A stretch of 64,000 bases of DNA from Devosia equisanguinis (GTDB lineage: Bacteria; Pseudomonadota; Alphaproteobacteria; Rhizobiales; Devosiaceae): contig CALRYQ010000002.1 of the NCBI GenBank assembly GCA_943372435.1, positions 300,584-364,583 on the forward strand. The letters are read 5' to 3'. Both the position numbers and the translations under genes were made by a program. Positions 40,815 to 54,818 of this stretch are shown here, piece by piece (the first letter of the stretch is position 1; the number at the start of each line of letters is the position of its first letter). The notes under the pieces were generated by a model. The model was not told the origin of the DNA, did not search any database, and saw only the letters and a list, made by a program, of their open reading frames with translations.

Positions 40815-41735
40815 ATGACCAAACACGTCGCTGTACTAATGGGTGGTTGGTCCAACGAGCGCCCGGTGTCGCTCAAGTCCGGGCGGGCCTGCTCGGATGC
40901 ACTTAGCCGCGCCGGCTACCGGGTAACCGATATCGATGTTGGTCGCGACATCGCCACTGTCCTGATGGAATTGCGGCCAGACGCTGTGTTCAACGCGCTG
41001 CATGGACCGTTCGGCGAAAGCGGCATGATCCAGGGGCTGCTGGAGCTGTTGCAGATCCCCTATACTCATTCGGGCGTACTTGCGTCAGCTTTGGCGATGG
41101 ACAAGCACCAGGCCAAGATCGTGATGAAGGCTGCCGGGGTGCCGGTGACCGATCATGTGATCGTGCCGCGTGGCGAGGCTGCCAAGGCCCACGTGATGGC
41201 CCCACCTTATGTAATCAAGCCGATTGCCGATGGCTCCAGCTTTGGCGTGCATATCGTGCCGCAGGGCGCCAATCAGCCGCCGCAGGAAATCCTGCGCGAA
41301 GACTGGAATTCGGGCGAAGAGGTGATGGTCGAGCGCTATATCCCGGGCCGTGAATTGACCTGTGCGGTGATGGGCGACGTCGCCCTGGGCGTCACCGAAA
41401 TCGTCACCGAGCTAAAGTTCTACAATTACGAGGCAAAATACGCCACGGGCGGCTCCGTCCACATTGTTCCGGCGCAAATTTCACCGAAAATTTACGACAA
41501 AGTGCAGAAGATGAGCCTTGCCGCCCATGCGGCGCTTGGCTGCCGTGGCGTCACAAGAAGCGACTTTCGCTTTAATGACCAGGCGGGTGAGGATGGCGAA
41601 CTGGTCTGCCTGGAAATCAACACCCAGCCCGGTATGACGCAAACCTCTCTCGTGCCCGAACAGGCGGCCCATGCCGGGCATTCGTTCGAGGAGCTGGTCT
41701 CCTGGATGGTGGAGGACGCGAGTTGCAACAGGTAG
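40815..41735 (+). CDS. ddl: D-alanine--D-alanine ligase
   Basis: The track ORF is over-extended through the repeat. ATG 40815 behind GGGAG gives 306 aa starting [23 protein letters not shown]. Confidence 0.92.
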   Translation: MTKHVAVLMGGWSNERPVSLKSGRACSDALSRAGYRVTDIDVGRDIATVLMELRPDAVFNALHGPFGESGMIQGLLELLQIPYTHSGVLASALAMDKHQAKIVMKAAGVPVTDHVIVPRGEAAKAHVMAPPYVIKPIADGSSFGVHIVPQGANQPPQEILREDWNSGEEVMVERYIPGRELTCAVMGDVALGVTEIVTELKFYNYEAKYATGGSVHIVPAQISPKIYDKVQKMSLAAHAALGCRGVTRSDFRFNDQAGEDGELVCLEINTQPGMTQTSLVPEQAAHAGHSFEELVSWMVEDASCNR

Positions 41736-42601
41736 CGGCCAGGGCTTACATCCCCAGCACCCGAACGCTTAATCCGCAAGCGCTGCCTGTGCCCCTGCGG
41801 GCGCCACGGCGCGGGCCGGTCAATCTGGGCCATTTGTGGGTGTTGCATCAGCGCGAGATCATCCGTGCGGTGGCAGCGGTGACGGTTTGCCTGTTTATTG
41901 CCATTGTCTACCAAGTCCGGGAGGCGATCGGCACGGGGGTGACGACGCTGTCGGATGTCGCCCAGGGCGAATTCGCCGACGCTGGCTTTGCCATCGACGA
42001 AATCTCGATCAGCGGCCAGTCACTGACGAGCGAGCAGGCGATTTTTGATGCGTTGGGTGTTGAGCCGCGCACCTCGACCCTCAGTTTTGATGCCGAGGCA
42101 GCGCGGCAGCGCATTGCCGACTTACCCTCGGTTGCCAGTGTCAGTGTGCGCAAGAGCTATCCAGGCGACGTGAGTGTTGTCGTGTCCGAAAAAGTACCGG
42201 TTGCGCGGTGGCGGGTGGACGGTGTGACGTTTGTGGTGGACGGGCAGGGCGAGCAGATCGGCGAGGATCAGGGCTCCTTTGGCGACCTGCCTCTGGTGGT
42301 TGGGGACGGAGCGGCCGATGACGCATTGGTGATGATCCGTGCCCTCAACCAATATCCGTCGCTTTCGAGCGGTATCGCGGCGCTGTCGCGGATTGCTGAT
42401 CGGCGCTGGGATATCATCTATGACACCGGCCTGCGGGTGCAGCTGCCCGAACAGGGCGTGGCCCAGGCGCTCACGAGCCTGGAAACCTATCAGCGCGACT
42501 ACCAATTGCTGGATCGCGACGTCACCGTCATTGACCTTCGCGTCCCAAGCACGGTCGCGGTACGCCCCGCCAAACACGACGAAGAAACCACAGCGCAATG
42601 A
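41723..42601 (+). CDS. ftsQ: cell division protein FtsQ
   Basis: 292 aa from TTG 41723 (13-nt overlap with ddl; start uncertain). One TM segment ([17 protein letters not shown]), then a POTRA/FtsQ-like body. Conserved slot between ddl and ftsA. Confidence 0.78.
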   Translation: MQQVAARAYIPSTRTLNPQALPVPLRAPRRGPVNLGHLWVLHQREIIRAVAAVTVCLFIAIVYQVREAIGTGVTTLSDVAQGEFADAGFAIDEISISGQSLTSEQAIFDALGVEPRTSTLSFDAEAARQRIADLPSVASVSVRKSYPGDVSVVVSEKVPVARWRVDGVTFVVDGQGEQIGEDQGSFGDLPLVVGDGAADDALVMIRALNQYPSLSSGIAALSRIADRRWDIIYDTGLRVQLPEQGVAQALTSLETYQRDYQLLDRDVTVIDLRVPSTVAVRPAKHDEETTAQ

Positions 42602-43911
42602 TGACCGACTCGATGACCTCTCGACTTCGTCCGGTGCAGCCGGGGCGCACCACGTTGGTTGGGGTGCTGGATATTGGTTCGACCAAAATTTGCTGTGTGA
42701 TTGCCCGGTTGACGCCGCGTCCGGAAGGGCGGGCTTTGAAGGGACGCTCACACCAGGCTGAGGTTATCGGTTTCGGTTATGGACCGTCATCGGGTGTCAA
42801 AAGCGGCGTCGTCAGCGACATCGAGCGCGCTGAGCAGGCCATCCGTTCGGTCGTTGGCATGGCCGAACGCGCGGCAGGGCTGACCCTTGAATCGGTGATC
42901 GTCAATGTGACGGCGGGCCGGCTTGGTTCCGAGACATTTTCCGCAGCAGTGTCCCTGGCGGGACAGGAGGTCGAGCAGGCCGACCTGCAACGGGTGTTGC
43001 GCGCAGTCAACGAGCGCAGCGTCAGACCGGAGCGGTCGATCGTGCACGCTCTGCCGATCGGCTATTCATTGGATGGGCAAAAGGGCATCCGTGACCCACG
43101 GGGCATGGTTGGCGAAAAACTTGGGGTCGATGTGGCTGTCGTCAGCTCGGAAACCCTGGCGATGCGCAATCTGGAACTGGTGCTGCATCGATGTCATTTG
43201 CAGATCGAAGCGCTCATCGCCACGCCTTACGCGAGCGGGCTGGCCACGCTGGTCGACGATGAATCGCAACTGGGCGTTGCCTGCATCGACTTTGGCGGAG
43301 CGACGACGACGGTGTCGGTGTTTAATGAAGGCCATTTGTGCTATGTCGACGCCATCGCCATTGGTGGTCACCATCTCACTCTCGACATTGCCCGCCAGCT
43401 CTCCGTAAGCGTTGCCGATGCGGAACGCATAAAGACCTTTTACGGCAGCGTTTTGCCGGGGCAGGCCGACGAGCGCGACATGATCTCGATCCAGCCAGTT
43501 GGCGCCAGCCATGACGAGGCCCCTGGTCAAGTTGCCAGATCGGTCTTGACCCGCATCATGCGGCCGCGCATTGAGGAAATTCTGACCGCCATTCGTGACC
43601 GGATGCAGGCCACCGCGATGATGGATGTCTGTGGGCGCCGGTTTGTGTTGACCGGCGGCGCCAGCGAAATGACCGGACTGCCCGAGGTGGCGCGCCGCGT
43701 GTTGGCCCGAAATGTGCGAAACGGTCGGCCAATGGGCATTGCCGGACTACCGGAGATGGCCAAGGGGGCAGCTTTTGCGGCGGTTGCTGGCATGTTGATT
43801 TACCCGCAAGTGTGTTCCCAGGAGTACACCGAACCACGCGCAGTCAACCGCCTGACGGGCAGTGACGGCTATTTCGCCCGGGTCGGCAATTGGTTGAAAA
43901 CCAGCTTCTAG
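42598..43911 (+). CDS. ftsA: cell division protein FtsA
   Basis: 437 aa. Actin-fold motifs (VLDIGSTKICCVI, IDFGGATTTVSVF). ATGA overlap with ftsQ. Confidence 0.92.
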   Translation: MMTDSMTSRLRPVQPGRTTLVGVLDIGSTKICCVIARLTPRPEGRALKGRSHQAEVIGFGYGPSSGVKSGVVSDIERAEQAIRSVVGMAERAAGLTLESVIVNVTAGRLGSETFSAAVSLAGQEVEQADLQRVLRAVNERSVRPERSIVHALPIGYSLDGQKGIRDPRGMVGEKLGVDVAVVSSETLAMRNLELVLHRCHLQIEALIATPYASGLATLVDDESQLGVACIDFGGATTTVSVFNEGHLCYVDAIAIGGHHLTLDIARQLSVSVADAERIKTFYGSVLPGQADERDMISIQPVGASHDEAPGQVARSVLTRIMRPRIEEILTAIRDRMQATAMMDVCGRRFVLTGGASEMTGLPEVARRVLARNVRNGRPMGIAGLPEMAKGAAFAAVAGMLIYPQVCSQEYTEPRAVNRLTGSDGYFARVGNWLKTSF

Positions 43912-44173
43912 CCTTCGCCCCGGCTAAAGCAATTGGTTAACCATCAGCAACTTGGCAAGTTCGCAAATTATCCAAGGAATTTTCTATAAGCTATTGTTTT
44001 AGATTGCAAAAACTCACGCCCAAGCGAGGGGCTTGGGCTCGGTGGCCCGGCTGACGAAATCCAAAGGTCTCGCAAATTGCATTCAGCTGAGGCGAATTGG
44101 CTCAATTGTTAGGGCGGGGTTAACGAATTGGCGCGTAAATCTTAACACAACCACGCCACCTATGGGGCCTTTC

Positions 44174-45832
44174 ATGACCATCAATTTGACCATCCCGGAC
44201 ATTCAGGAACTCAAGCCACGCATCACCGTGTTTGGTGTGGGCGGGGGTGGCGGTAACGCTGTCAACAACATGATCGAGTCCGGTTTGGACGGTGTCGATT
44301 TCGTAGTGGCCAATACCGACGCGCAGGCACTGGCCCTGAGCAAGGCGCAGCGGATCATCCAGCTGGGCGTTGGCGTTACCGAAGGGCTAGGGGCCGGCTC
44401 CCATCCCGAAGTTGGCCGTGCCGCGGCTGAAGAGAGCTGGGACGAGATCAATGATCACCTGTCCGGTTCGCACATGGTTTTCATCACCGCAGGAATGGGT
44501 GGTGGCACCGGAACTGGCGCTGCGCCAGTCGTAGCCCGGGCCGCGCGCGAGCAGGGTATCCTGACCGTGGGCGTCGTCACTAAACCTTTTTCGTTCGAAG
44601 GCAATCGCCGTCAGCGCCTGGCCGATGAAGGCATTGATGAGCTGCACCGGCATGTCGATACGCTCATTGTCATTCCAAACCAGAACCTGTTCCGGGTCGC
44701 TAACGAGAAGACGACCTTTGCCGACGCCTTTGCGATGGCCGACCAGGTGTTGTTCTCGGGCGTCGCCTGCATCACCGATCTGATGGTCAAAGAAGGCCTG
44801 ATCAACCTCGATTTCGCCGACGTGCGTGCCGTAATGCGTGGCATGGGTAAGGCGATGATGGGGACCGGGGAGGCGTCAGGGGAAGACCGGGCGCGCCACG
44901 CCGCCGAGGCCGCAATCGCCAACCCACTGCTTGACGACGTATCGATGCAAGGCGCGCGGGGTCTGCTGATTTCGATCACCGGGGGTCCTGATCTGACCCT
45001 TTATGAGGTTGACGAGGCCGCCAGCCGCATTCGCGAGGAAGTGGATCCCGACGCCAATATCATTCTCGGCGCCACCTATGATCCATCCATGACCGGCAAG
45101 ATCCGCGTGTCAGTTGTTGCCACCGGAACTGACGCCACCATGGTCCAGGCGTTGGAGCCTGCTAAGCCGCACGCATCGCGCACCCCGCTTTCGATAAAGC
45201 GCCACGTGCCGGTGGAGCCGACCCATCGCGCGCAACTTTCGTCTGCTCAGGTTGTGCAGCAAGAGATTGAGCTTCAGGTCGAGGCGGCTGTGGCCGAAGC
45301 TATCACCTTTGAGACGTTTGCCCCAAGCACCTATCAGCATGAGGACGATGGAATTTCGGTGGAGCCCTATACGCCATCAGCCTTCAGTCACGAGGCGATC
45401 GACGAGCCAACCCAGCATAACGATTTGCCAGTCCCCAGCGTCTATGTTCCATCCAGCGCTGCCCGCCCTGAGGGCCAACGCCGTATGCCACGCACCGAGG
45501 AGCTGCCGATTGTTGCTCGCCGGTCACAGGAAGGGCAGGAACGTCAGGATGGCGAGCCGCGCAATGCCCGTGCTCTGTTCAAGCGTCTGGCCTCCAACGT
45601 TGGGATTAACCTCGGTCAGGGTGAACCGGTGGTGCGGGACGAACCCAACCATTCCCTCGCCGATGACAATGCCGCGCGCAGCGCCATTGAAGCAGGCGGC
45701 GCAAGGTCTTCGCGGGCGCCGCAGCCCCATGAGGGTGCGCACGGCAGCAGCGATGCCCAGGGTCGTCAACCGACACTGACGCCGCCGAAAGAACATCTCG
45801 AGATTCCTGCATTCCTGCGCAAACACGCCTAA
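44174..45832 (+). CDS. ftsZ: cell division protein FtsZ
   Basis: The track ORF is over-extended. ATG 44174 gives 552 aa. Tubulin signature GGGTGTG, a long low-complexity linker, and a C-terminal LEIPAFLRK peptide. Confidence 0.95.
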   Translation: MTINLTIPDIQELKPRITVFGVGGGGGNAVNNMIESGLDGVDFVVANTDAQALALSKAQRIIQLGVGVTEGLGAGSHPEVGRAAAEESWDEINDHLSGSHMVFITAGMGGGTGTGAAPVVARAAREQGILTVGVVTKPFSFEGNRRQRLADEGIDELHRHVDTLIVIPNQNLFRVANEKTTFADAFAMADQVLFSGVACITDLMVKEGLINLDFADVRAVMRGMGKAMMGTGEASGEDRARHAAEAAIANPLLDDVSMQGARGLLISITGGPDLTLYEVDEAASRIREEVDPDANIILGATYDPSMTGKIRVSVVATGTDATMVQALEPAKPHASRTPLSIKRHVPVEPTHRAQLSSAQVVQQEIELQVEAAVAEAITFETFAPSTYQHEDDGISVEPYTPSAFSHEAIDEPTQHNDLPVPSVYVPSSAARPEGQRRMPRTEELPIVARRSQEGQERQDGEPRNARALFKRLASNVGINLGQGEPVVRDEPNHSLADDNAARSAIEAGGARSSRAPQPHEGAHGSSDAQGRQPTLTPPKEHLEIPAFLRKHA

Positions 45833-45861
45833 CCCGGCCTTACCTCATTTGCTAAACATTG

Positions 45862-45892
45862 CTCGGTGCGGCTTTCGCACCGAGTTTTTTTT
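45862..45892 (+). terminator. Rho-independent terminator after ftsZ
   Basis: CTCGGTGCG-gcttt-CGCACCGAG followed by TTTTTTTT. Confidence 0.85.
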
Positions 45893-45942
45893 GGATAAGA
45901 CGTTAGGTGCACCAAGTCGGGCTGGGCTGGAGTTATTCAAGT

Positions 45943-46902
45943 ATGCATATGCTTTCCACGCGCCAGCGTACCCTTGCCGGTGAATTGTCCTTTAGCGGCT
46001 ACGGCGTGCACAGCGGACAACCGGTGACCCTGACGCTTGGACCCGCGCCCGCCGATAGCGGCTTCATGATTTGCCGTGTGCTTGGCAGCGGCCGCAAGAC
46101 CACCGCTGTGGCGGTGCATTTTTCGCGCATAACCCGCACAACGCTGTGCACCACGCTCGATCTGGGCGACAGTGTCAGTGTTGCCACCATTGAGCATGTC
46201 ACGTCGGCTCTCTCCGGCATGGGCGTTGATAACGCGATGATAACTCTGGATGGCGGCGAATGCCCGATTTTGGACGGCAGCGCGCGGCCCTTTGTTGAAG
46301 GGATCGTGGCGGTTGGGCTGGATATTCAGCCATCGCACCGCAAGTTCATCAAGATTATGCGCGCGGTTACGGTGCGCAACAATGATGCCTTCGCGGCCCT
46401 GGAGCCCTACAACGGACGCGCGCTCGATCTTGAGATTGATTTTGACAGCAAGGTCATCGGTCGACAGCGCATGATTTTTGACTGGTCGCCGCGCCGCTAT
46501 TTTGACGACGTATCCTCAGCGCGCACGTTTGGCTTTGTGCGCGACGCCAAGGTGTTGCGGCAGGCCGGATACGCTTTGGGATCGAGCCTTGATAACTCGA
46601 TCACCGTGCATGAGGACCGTATCCTCAACCCAGGCGGACTGCGCTACGAGGACGAGTTCGTTCGGCACAAACTGCTTGATGCAATTGGTGACTTGTCCCT
46701 CGGAGGGATGCCGATCTATGGGCGGTTCCGCTCCTACAAAGGCGGACATGCGCTGAACGCGCACGTTTTGACCGGTCTCTTTTCGAGCGACGCCAATTAT
46801 GAAATAGTTTCGGCCGAGGACTTGCCGCTCGAGTTTGACGCGTTGGATGATTTGCCGGAAGGGTTGACCGTGAACCCTTATCTGCGATCTGTCCGCTCGT
46901 AA
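45943..46902 (+). CDS. lpxC: UDP-3-O-acyl-N-acetylglucosamine deacetylase
   Basis: 319 aa from ATG 45943 (GGAG 10 nt upstream; ATG 45949 is an alternative). Motifs HKLLDAIGDL and GGHALN. Confidence 0.9.
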   Translation: MHMLSTRQRTLAGELSFSGYGVHSGQPVTLTLGPAPADSGFMICRVLGSGRKTTAVAVHFSRITRTTLCTTLDLGDSVSVATIEHVTSALSGMGVDNAMITLDGGECPILDGSARPFVEGIVAVGLDIQPSHRKFIKIMRAVTVRNNDAFAALEPYNGRALDLEIDFDSKVIGRQRMIFDWSPRRYFDDVSSARTFGFVRDAKVLRQAGYALGSSLDNSITVHEDRILNPGGLRYEDEFVRHKLLDAIGDLSLGGMPIYGRFRSYKGGHALNAHVLTGLFSSDANYEIVSAEDLPLEFDALDDLPEGLTVNPYLRSVRS

Positions 46903-46992
46903 CGTGATGTCGGCACTGGTGCGGTCACAGTTTTGATCCAATTTATGCATAGTTCCCATGCCAAATGCGGGACTTAGAAGGACGGGCAGTTC

Positions 46993-47838
46993 GTGACATC
47001 TGATGCTTTTGGAACTTTGACGAGCCGGGCCGTCAGGCTGATTACCGTTGCCTTCATGGCGCTTGTTCTGGCTGGTTGTTCCGGGTTCAACATGTTTGGC
47101 CCACCAAAGATCAAAGATGAAGTGATCATTGCGCCAGACGCTTTGTATCAGCAGGCACTCAACGATATGGATGCCCAGCGGTATATGACGGCGATCAAGG
47201 TGCTGGAAAAACTCGACCGTCAGCATCCGACCTCGCCAGTGACCGAGAAGTCGAAATTGATGCAGGTCTATGCCAATTACCGAATTGGCAAGTACAATGA
47301 CGCGATCCTTGCAGCTGATCGTTATCTGGCGATCTATCCGACAGGCAAGGACGTTGCCTATGTCCTCTATCTAAAGGGCACCTCGTATTTTGGCCAGATC
47401 AAGGACATAACCCGCGATCAGCAATTGTCACGCGACGCGATCGAAACTTACTCGCTGTTGATCAACAACTTCCCGCAGTCTGAATATGCCAAGGACGCCA
47501 AGGAAAAGCTGTTGGTCGCAACGGACCAAATACCGGGCAAGGAAATGTCGGTGGGCCGGTATTATCTCGGCAATGGTCAATATGCTGCCGCGATCAACCG
47601 CTTCCGGGCGGTCGTGGAGAATTACCAGACGTCTACCCATATTGAAGAGGCTCTGTATCGCTTGACTGAAGCCAATCTGGCGTTGGGACTGACGACTGAA
47701 GCGCGGACCGCTGCTGCTGTGCTTGGGCACAATTATCCGTCCAGCACCTGGTATCAGCAAGCGTTTGACCTGTTGGCGAAGCAGGGACTAACCCCAGAGG
47801 TCGCGGCCGGGAGCTGGCTGGCGCCAAAGATCAACTAG
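46993..47838 (+). CDS. bamD: outer membrane protein assembly factor BamD
   Basis: 281 aa, GTG start. Lipobox LVLAGC. TPR-like repeats typical of BamD/YfiO. Confidence 0.85.
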   Translation: MTSDAFGTLTSRAVRLITVAFMALVLAGCSGFNMFGPPKIKDEVIIAPDALYQQALNDMDAQRYMTAIKVLEKLDRQHPTSPVTEKSKLMQVYANYRIGKYNDAILAADRYLAIYPTGKDVAYVLYLKGTSYFGQIKDITRDQQLSRDAIETYSLLINNFPQSEYAKDAKEKLLVATDQIPGKEMSVGRYYLGNGQYAAAINRFRAVVENYQTSTHIEEALYRLTEANLALGLTTEARTAAAVLGHNYPSSTWYQQAFDLLAKQGLTPEVAAGSWLAPKIN

Positions 47839-47866
47839 TGCAATAATTTGTTGCTTGTTTGTTCAC

Positions 47867-47902
47867 GGGTGCGCTAGCTTGCTGGCGCACCCGAATTGTT
47901 TG
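47867..47902 (+). terminator. probable terminator after bamD
   Basis: GGGTGCGC-(10 nt)-GCGCACCC perfect 8-bp stem followed by GAATTGTTTG (weak U-tract). Confidence 0.55.
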
Positions 47903-48024
47903 AGCAGGTGGAATCAAGCGTGGGTATTGACTGGCTCCGACTTGAATATTGCTTTCGCCCCGCCGATGCCACGGCTACAACCAGAGCCGGTGCGGACGAC
48001 AAATTGGCTTAGGATCACTCCGGA

Positions 48025-51884
<3,860 letters not shown>

Positions 51885-51912
51885 CGGGCGCAATCTGCGC
51901 TGGGAGAAATTG

Positions 51913-53199
51913 ATGCACAAAGAACTCATGGGCGCGCTGGTTGCGGCGCTGCTTCTGCCCAGCGTGGTCCAGGCCAGCGAAGCCGGTGATATATTAAGGG
52001 ATAGCCTCTATTCCGGAAAACTGGAGGCGGGGATCGCCAGATTGGCGCAGATGCCGTTGGATGACGCCGAGGCCCGTTTTGGCCAAGGGCTTCTGACCCT
52101 TGCGACCGGCATCGAGGGTTTGGCCCAGGACCTTTATCGCTATGGCGCGGTTATCCCTGATTCCACTGCCTTCAGCCTTTTTCTGGGAACCTCTGCGACC
52201 TCTGCAGGTCCGGCAAACCTGAATCCTGAAAAAGTGAGTTATGCGGCGCTGCGCACCATGTTGGACGACTTCGTCAGTAGCATGGATGCGGCCAAAAGTT
52301 TGCTCGAGGCTGGCGGTGCGTCCGGCGATTATGTGGTGCTGATCGATCCGATGCAGATCAGGGTTGATGTCAATGGCGATGGTGAAGCCGAAGAGGCGGA
52401 GAGCCTGGGGGCGTTCATTGCCCCGCTGATGGGCTTGAGCGGCGACACGATGCCAGGGCCCGAAACTACTGGCGGCGGTAAAGTCAAACACAAGGATGGC
52501 GCCACTGCGCCCGATACTCAAATTGGTTTTGATCGGGCTGACGCCATTTGGCTCGCCGGTTATTCCCAAGTGCTTGCCGTCCAACCAGACTTTCTTCTGG
52601 CCCATGACTTTGAGCCACTGGTAAATGTGTATTTCCACCGCCTGTTTCCAAGATCTGACCTGCCGATGGCCGATTTTGATCATGCCGGTCAATTGTTCGT
52701 TGACCCCACGACCGACAGCGGGATTGCCGATATCATTGCTGCCATCCACAATCTGAATTTCAAGGTTGTCGAGCCAGAACGGCTGGCCGGGGTGCTGGCG
52801 CGTCTCAAGTCGATCACCGCGCTGTCGCGGCAGAACTGGCAAGCTATTCAGGCTGAATCTGACGATAACCGCGAACTGGTCCCATCGCCACGGCAGACTT
52901 CGATTATTCCCGACACGGCAGTGACCAACGAGACGATAGCGGCTTGGATGGAGACCCTGGATACTGCGGACCAGCTGCTAGATGGCACTCTGCTGGTGCC
53001 GCACTGGCGCTTCAAACTGGGATTTGATCTCAAGATGTATTTCGAAACAGCGTCCGAGACAGATCTGGTGATGTTGTTGACCGGCTACGGCGCGCTGCCG
53101 TTTCTACACGAGGGGCCAATCGCCGATGGCGCGTCCTTTGCCAGCGCCAATCGCGTTTTTGGTGACAATTTGTGGGGGTATGCGTTCTGGTTCAATTGA
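51913..53199 (+). CDS. secreted hypothetical protein (428 aa)
   Basis: ATG 51913 behind GGGAGA. Signal peptide MHKELMGALVAALLLPSVVQA|SE. No recognised family. Coding-like codon usage. 28 nt downstream of ligA. Confidence 0.6.
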   Translation: MHKELMGALVAALLLPSVVQASEAGDILRDSLYSGKLEAGIARLAQMPLDDAEARFGQGLLTLATGIEGLAQDLYRYGAVIPDSTAFSLFLGTSATSAGPANLNPEKVSYAALRTMLDDFVSSMDAAKSLLEAGGASGDYVVLIDPMQIRVDVNGDGEAEEAESLGAFIAPLMGLSGDTMPGPETTGGGKVKHKDGATAPDTQIGFDRADAIWLAGYSQVLAVQPDFLLAHDFEPLVNVYFHRLFPRSDLPMADFDHAGQLFVDPTTDSGIADIIAAIHNLNFKVVEPERLAGVLARLKSITALSRQNWQAIQAESDDNRELVPSPRQTSIIPDTAVTNETIAAWMETLDTADQLLDGTLLVPHWRFKLGFDLKMYFETASETDLVMLLTGYGALPFLHEGPIADGASFASANRVFGDNLWGYAFWFN

Positions 53200-53207
53200 G
53201 GTCGGCG

Positions 53208-53672
53208 ATGCGGGCGCTTGTGTTGGCGGTTGGTCTGGTGGCGCTATCGCTGCCGGGATTTGCCTGCGCGGTCGAGTTCAGCTCTCCCAAGGACCTGCTG
53301 GTGCATATTTATGCGGGCCGACCGAGTGCGGACTGGACCGACGAGCGATCCTATTTCTCAGATACGATGCTGGTCTTGCTGGATGCCGACAAGGCTCGTG
53401 AAGCTGGAGGCGAGGTTCGCCGGGTGCAGGGCGATGCCTTTGGCAGATCGCCAGGCCCCGATGGCGAACGTCCTTTTGTGGGCGAACCGCTGATTGACGG
53501 AATTCGAGCCTCTGCCGAAGTAACTCTTGGGGAACCAGCTTCAATAATCCTGCATTTTGAACTGGTTATGCAGGCGAACGGCTGGAAAATTGATGATATC
53601 TATTTGGGCGATTACGGTGGCGGTGGTTGGCGGCTCAGCGAATTGCTCACTGACGATCCGCTGCTCAACTAA
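53208..53672 (+). CDS. small secreted protein, paralogue 1 of 3 (possibly DUF3828-like)
   Basis: 154 aa from ATG 53208 (GAGG upstream). Signal peptide. Shares FSSPKDLLVHIYA and NGWKIDDI blocks with the next two genes. Confidence 0.6.
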   Translation: MRALVLAVGLVALSLPGFACAVEFSSPKDLLVHIYAGRPSADWTDERSYFSDTMLVLLDADKAREAGGEVRRVQGDAFGRSPGPDGERPFVGEPLIDGIRASAEVTLGEPASIILHFELVMQANGWKIDDIYLGDYGGGGWRLSELLTDDPLLN

Positions 53673-53690
53673 CGGGTTTTGGAGAATTCT

Positions 53691-54143
53691 ATGCGTTTGA
53701 TGACTTTGGTTGCGGCACTGAGCATGGGCTTTTTGCCCGTCGCGATGGCCCAAAACTTTGACACGCCAGAGGCGATGCTGATGGCGCTTTACGCGCCATA
53801 CCTCGTAGACGACCTGCCCGAGGATCAATCGACGTTTCGTACTGCGGCATTAAACGCGCTCTATGATGCCGACCTAGAGGCTGCTGGCGGAGAGATTGGC
53901 GCCGTTGATTTTGATCCGTTCATCAATGGGCAGGACTGGGGTCTCACCGAATTGAAAATCGGCACTGCCAAGATCGATGGCGACAAGGCGACCGTCGACG
54001 TGACATTCAAAAATTTCGAAATCGCCAATAGTTTGACATATGATTTGGTCAACGAAGACGGCTGGAAAGTCGACAATGTCAGCTCGACCAGCGGTGATGT
54101 GCAGTACTCTTTGGTCGATATCTTCAAGAGCTATCAATACTGA
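53691..54143 (+). CDS. small secreted protein, paralogue 2 of 3 (possibly DUF3828-like)
   Basis: 150 aa from ATG 53691 (GGAGA 5 nt upstream). Signal peptide ...PVAMA|QN. Blocks FDTPEAMLMALYA, DFDPFINGQDW, DGWKVDNV. Confidence 0.62.
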   Translation: MRLMTLVAALSMGFLPVAMAQNFDTPEAMLMALYAPYLVDDLPEDQSTFRTAALNALYDADLEAAGGEIGAVDFDPFINGQDWGLTELKIGTAKIDGDKATVDVTFKNFEIANSLTYDLVNEDGWKVDNVSSTSGDVQYSLVDIFKSYQY

Positions 54144-54254
54144 CGCTGGCGGCGGCCCACGGGGCGATAATTCTGTGGCCGCAGTCTTGCCGCATGTCAG
54201 ACATAGTTGCGCCCCCAAGGGCAGGCAAGCTGGCGTGATCACAGGGGCGCGAGC

Positions 54255-54746
54255 ATGCGTAAGCTACTGATTTTTGTCATTGCATTGGTATCTAGCACCG
54301 CAAGTTTTGGCGCCGAACTGTTTAGCGATCCCAAGGCGTTAGTGAGCGCTATTTACGCCCTCTATCAGCCGGGCCAGGCAGCTGCGGACCCGAGCCGCTA
54401 TTATTCCAGCAAACTCGCGGCCTTGATTGCCGCGCGGCAGGAACGGGAATTGGGAGCCAATCCAGCTCTTGCTGCGGTTGAGGTGATGCCGGCAGCGGGG
54501 CCGTTCAACCCGTTTTTGCCTGACACCAATGCGTTACTGTATGACTTGGTGATCAGCGAGCCGACACTTCTGGGCGACAACGCGGTGATCACTGTCAGCT
54601 ATCACAATTTCGATCAGCCGCGCCTACTCAGTATCGCCCTGGTACGCGAGAACGGTGGCTGGACCGTGGATGATGTTGCCTCGATTGGCCATGAAGACCA
54701 CTGGCTGCTGTCCTGGGTCTTAACCTATGATCCGCAGGGCTTTTAG
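54255..54746 (+). CDS. small secreted protein, paralogue 3 of 3 (possibly DUF3828-like)
   Basis: 163 aa from ATG 54255. Signal peptide ...ASFGA|EL. Blocks FSDPKALVSAIYA, PFNPFLPD, GGWTVDDV. Confidence 0.62.
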   Translation: MRKLLIFVIALVSSTASFGAELFSDPKALVSAIYALYQPGQAAADPSRYYSSKLAALIAARQERELGANPALAAVEVMPAAGPFNPFLPDTNALLYDLVISEPTLLGDNAVITVSYHNFDQPRLLSIALVRENGGWTVDDVASIGHEDHWLLSWVLTYDPQGF

Positions 54747-54766
54747 GCGAAAAGGCCAATTGGTGG

Positions 54767-54798
54767 GCTCTCGCCATATCGGCGAGAGCTGATTTTAT
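54767..54798 (+). terminator. Rho-independent terminator closing the secreted-protein cluster
   Basis: GCTCTCGCC-atatc-GGCGAGAGC perfect 9-bp stem followed by TGATTTTATC. It lies between convergent genes. Confidence 0.75.
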
Positions 54799-54818
54799 CG
54801 GGACTAAGCGCTTTGAAC

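Noticed and set aside
40558-40818. An 86-aa plus-strand ORF and minus-strand ORFs (40629..40826, 40652..40876) crossing the murB-ddl spacer.
   Set aside because: They are translations of the C/G-run palindromic repeat (PLPTCPGRGEVP..., GEGWGGGP...) and are not credible proteins.
47850-47864. GTTGCTTGTTTGTTC, an alphaproteobacterial LexA-box-like direct repeat (GTTC-N7-GTTC) about 160 nt upstream of the SOS gene recN.
   Set aside because: It has one mismatch in the first half-site. It also lies upstream of the hairpin I interpret as the bamD terminator, so it is poorly placed to act as an operator for recN. No GTTC/GAAC repeat lies between that hairpin and the recN ATG. It is worth a PWM scan, but I cannot support it.
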